A DNA stretch of 28,869 nt, taken from NCBI GenBank assembly GCA_031431875.1, contig JANPEF010000159.1:1-28869 (forward strand), read 5' to 3'. The notes under the pieces are model-generated. The model had not been told where the DNA came from. It saw only the letters and a program-made list of their open reading frames with translations, and made no database searches. This DNA comes from Candidatus Eiseniibacteriota bacterium. GTDB lineage: Bacteria > Eisenbacteria > RBG-16-71-46 > DASYSL01. The translations under genes and the position numbers were made by a program. Of this stretch, positions 26,458 to 28,869 are shown in pieces (the stretch's first letter is position 1; every line of letters begins with the position of its first letter).

Positions 26458-27253
26458 GACTCCCTGGCAAGCGGCCATCCTGGGTCTGATCCAGGGGCTC
26501 TCCGAGTTTCTCCCGATTTCGTCGTCCGCGCACCTCGCGCTCGCTCACTGGCTGACGGGCTGGGGCGATCCCGCGACCGACCTGCCCTTCGACGTCGCGC
26601 TCCATCTCGGCACGCTCGTCGCCGTGCTCGCCTACTTCCGCCGCGACTGGCTCGAACTCATTCACGGCTCGTTGGCAGGGCTTGCCACGCGCCGCGTCAC
26701 GCCCGAGCTGAGGCGCGTCGGCATCCTCGTGATCGCAACCCTTCCCGCGGTCGTGGCCGGCCTCCTGTGGCGCGATCGCTTCGCCGCGATGCATGACTGG
26801 CCGCCGCTGATGGCCGCCACGCTCGCCGGCGTCGGTCTCCTGCTCTACGCGCTCGACCGCCGCACCCAGGGCACGGGCACCGAGCCCGGCGCGGGCGCGG
26901 GCCTGCTCATCGGCATCGCCCAGGCGACCGCGCTCGTCCCCGGCGTCTCGCGCTCGGGAATCACCATGGCGGCCGGGCTCGGCCTGGGCCTCACGCGCGC
27001 GGCGGCGGCGCGCTTCTCGTTCCTGCTCTCCACACCCGCCATCCTCGGCGCGGCGGTGCTCAACGCGAAGGACATCGCCGGCGGCGACCCGGTCGTGCTC
27101 GGCGCGGGCCTCGTCACGGCCGCCATCGCGGGCTACTTCGCGATCGGCTTCCTGCTGCGGCATCTCAACCGCGCGGGATTTCTCCCCTACGCGGTGTACC
27201 GGATCCTCCTCGCCGCCGGCGTGCTCGTCGCCTGGTTCATCCGCCCTTCCTGA
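26456..27253 (+). CDS. uppP: Undecaprenyl-diphosphate phosphatase
   Basis: LGLIQGLSEFLPISSSAHL, DVALHLGT, PGVSRSG, ARFSFLLS, YAVYR. Confidence 0.95.
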   Translation: MTPWQAAILGLIQGLSEFLPISSSAHLALAHWLTGWGDPATDLPFDVALHLGTLVAVLAYFRRDWLELIHGSLAGLATRRVTPELRRVGILVIATLPAVVAGLLWRDRFAAMHDWPPLMAATLAGVGLLLYALDRRTQGTGTEPGAGAGLLIGIAQATALVPGVSRSGITMAAGLGLGLTRAAAARFSFLLSTPAILGAAVLNAKDIAGGDPVVLGAGLVTAAIAGYFAIGFLLRHLNRAGFLPYAVYRILLAAGVLVAWFIRPS

Positions 27254-27842
27254 CCTGATCCCCGAAGTGGTGGTCGAGCCGGTCGCGCAGGAACAGGCGC
27301 GCCCGGTGGACCCGCGCCTTGAACGCCGGCACGGAGAGCTCGAGCGCGGCGGCCGCTTCGGCATTGCCCAGTTCCTCGACGTCGCGCAGCAGGAACGCCG
27401 CGCGCTGCTCGGGCGGCAGCGCAGCGATCGCCGCGTCCATCGCCGCACGGGTCTCGCCAGCGGACAGCGCCTGCTCGGGCGTGGGGCCCCAGTCCACGAG
27501 TTCGCGCGCCGGCGCGGGCTCGTCGGCCGACGCGTCGAGTGGCGCATCGAGCGAGACGACGTCGGGCCGGCGCTTGCGGAGGCGCATGAGCACGGCGTTG
27601 GTGGCGATGCGGTAGATCCACGTGGAGAACGTGGAGTGGCCCGCGAACTTCGGCAGCGCCCGCCAGGCCGAGAGGAAGGCCTCCTGCAGCACGTCCTCGG
27701 CCTCGTCGTCACCGACGATGCGGCGCACCAGGCGGTAGATTCGCGCCTCGTAGCGGCGGACAAGGATGCCGAACGCGTCGCCATCGCCCGCCTGCGCACG
27801 GGTCACCAGGGCTGCGTCGTCCTCGCCGTCCACTCCGCTCAT
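27237..27842 (-). CDS. ECF-type sigma-70 factor (RpoE-like)
   Basis: Region 2 AEDVLQEAFL...FSTWIYRIATN; region 4 LPPEQRAAFLLRDVEEL...KARVHRAR; SD GGGAGGG. Confidence 0.92.
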   Translation of the reverse strand: MSGVDGEDDAALVTRAQAGDGDAFGILVRRYEARIYRLVRRIVGDDEAEDVLQEAFLSAWRALPKFAGHSTFSTWIYRIATNAVLMRLRKRRPDVVSLDAPLDASADEPAPARELVDWGPTPEQALSAGETRAAMDAAIAALPPEQRAAFLLRDVEELGNAEAAAALELSVPAFKARVHRARLFLRDRLDHHFGDQVRKGG

Positions 27843-27875
27843 CGACCCTCCCCGCGCCGGGTTGCGCGAGGGGCG

Positions 27876-27904
27876 AGCCTACGACACGCCCCGCGAGCGG
27901 TCAA
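27876..27904 (-). promoter_or_regulatory. Putative sigma70 promoter for the ECF sigma gene
   Basis: TTGACC (27904-27899), 17 nt, TAGGCT (27881-27876). Confidence 0.55.
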
Positions 27905-28869
27905 ACAGCTCCATCTCTCCGCGCGAAAGCGCGGACGCCGTTGACGTAGGTCTCGTCCACTCGCGCATCCGCAAGACGCTCCACCGGCACTTCCCACGGA
28001 TCGTCCTCCCACACCACGAAGTCGGCAAGGAACCCCGGCGCGATCATCCCCACGCGATCCTCGACGCGCGCAGCAAACGCACCGCCGCGCGTCGCGGCCG
28101 CGAACGCCTGGTCGAGCGTCAGCGCGCGCGCCGGTGTCTCGCCGCGCGCGTGCGCGTCGGGATCGCCGCCGAGCACCGCCGCAGCCAGCGCGGCCCGCGG
28201 ATCGCAGGGCTCGATCGGCGCGTCCGAGCCGAAGGCGAGCGAGGCCCCTGCCGCGAGCAGTTGCCGCCACGCGTACCCTCCAAGCGCGTCGCGCTCGCCC
28301 CAGCGCTGGCGTGCCAGCGGGCGATCGCCCGTGCAGTGCGCCGGCTGCATCGAGGCGATCACTCCCAGTGCGGCGAACCGCGGCAGGTCCTCGCCGTCGA
28401 CCAGCTGCGCGTGCTCGATGCGCGGCCGCAACCGCGAACGCTCCGCCGCGGGCCATGCCGCGAAGGCGTCGAGCGCGGCGCGCACCGCCGCGTCCCCGAT
28501 CGCATGGAGCGCCAGCGACCAGCCGCGCGCCCGTGCCGTGGCGCCGAGCGCGGCGATCCCCGCCGCATCGAGCGTGGCGTAGCCCGCGCCCGAGCCGTCG
28601 TCGGCCGGCGCGAGCAGATGCGCCGTGGCCGCGCCGAGCGTGCCGTCGAGGAAGCCCTTGAGCGCGAAGGGAAACAGGTGGTCGTCGGCAGCGGCCAACT
28701 CGGCCTCGAGCGGAACTGTTGCAGCGGGATCGTCCCCGGCGCGTCCCCCACCGAGTGCGCCCGTCATGAAGCCCACCGCGACGCGCACCGGCAGCCGGCC
28801 CGTGTCGCGCAGGCCGCGCAGCAGCTCCCACCCCGCAATCGTCTCGAAGCCGTGGACGAACGTCGCGCC
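27901..28869 (-). CDS. Amidohydrolase 3 family (YtcJ-like); C-terminal part, 5' end outside the window
   Basis: LKGFLDGTLG, HAIGD, RIEHAQ, SMQP, FGSDAP, GFLADFVV; the frame is open to the right edge. Confidence 0.88.
   Translation of the reverse strand, partial: GATFVHGFETIAGWELLRGLRDTGRLPVRVAVGFMTGALGGGRAGDDPAATVPLEAELAAADDHLFPFALKGFLDGTLGAATAHLLAPADDGSGAGYATLDAAGIAALGATARARGWSLALHAIGDAAVRAALDAFAAWPAAERSRLRPRIEHAQLVDGEDLPRFAALGVIASMQPAHCTGDRPLARQRWGERDALGGYAWRQLLAAGASLAFGSDAPIEPCDPRAALAAAVLGGDPDAHARGETPARALTLDQAFAAATRGGAFAARVEDRVGMIAPGFLADFVVWEDDPWEVPVERLADARVDETYVNGVRAFARRDGAV

Noticed and set aside
1..28869. Search for tRNA/rRNA, CRISPR arrays, transposases or integrases, defence genes, in-frame TGA/TAG recoding and frameshifted genes
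   Set aside because: None seen by eye. Intergenic gaps are short, and all recognised genes appear full-length with ordinary stop codons.

Overview
Very GC-rich (roughly 70-75% by eye) bacterial chromosomal window that is almost entirely coding, with about 28 genes. I found no rRNA, tRNA, CRISPR array or mobile element. Left to right: a partial DUF1015 gene, dinB-like and uup-like ABC-F genes, a minus-strand typA operon (alpha/beta hydrolase, nitrilase-family, GNAT, yaeQ), a plus-strand DUF2231-fdhD-M24 peptidase-GT-C glycosyltransferase run, and an unknown lipoprotein. Next comes an ~11.2 kb minus-strand run of 10 translationally coupled genes: CMD-like, bshC, bshB1, bshA (bacillithiol synthesis), DUF1611/dgcN-like, dipeptide epimerase/dgcA-like, an orphan membrane histidine kinase, an AI-2E transporter, rsgA and a threonine-synthase-like gene. 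The window ends with a Na/Ca antiporter-like gene, divergent murJ/uppP whose start codons overlap, an orphan ECF sigma factor and a partial amidohydrolase. The most notable features are the joining of bacillithiol synthesis to a D-amino-acid acetylation/epimerisation module and a sensor kinase, and a clear promoter grammar: leaderless TTGnnn-17/18-CAnnnT promoters, a -35 palindrome shared by two divergent promoters, and a promoter embedded in the murJ coding start. All product calls come from recognising motifs by eye; no database searches were run.
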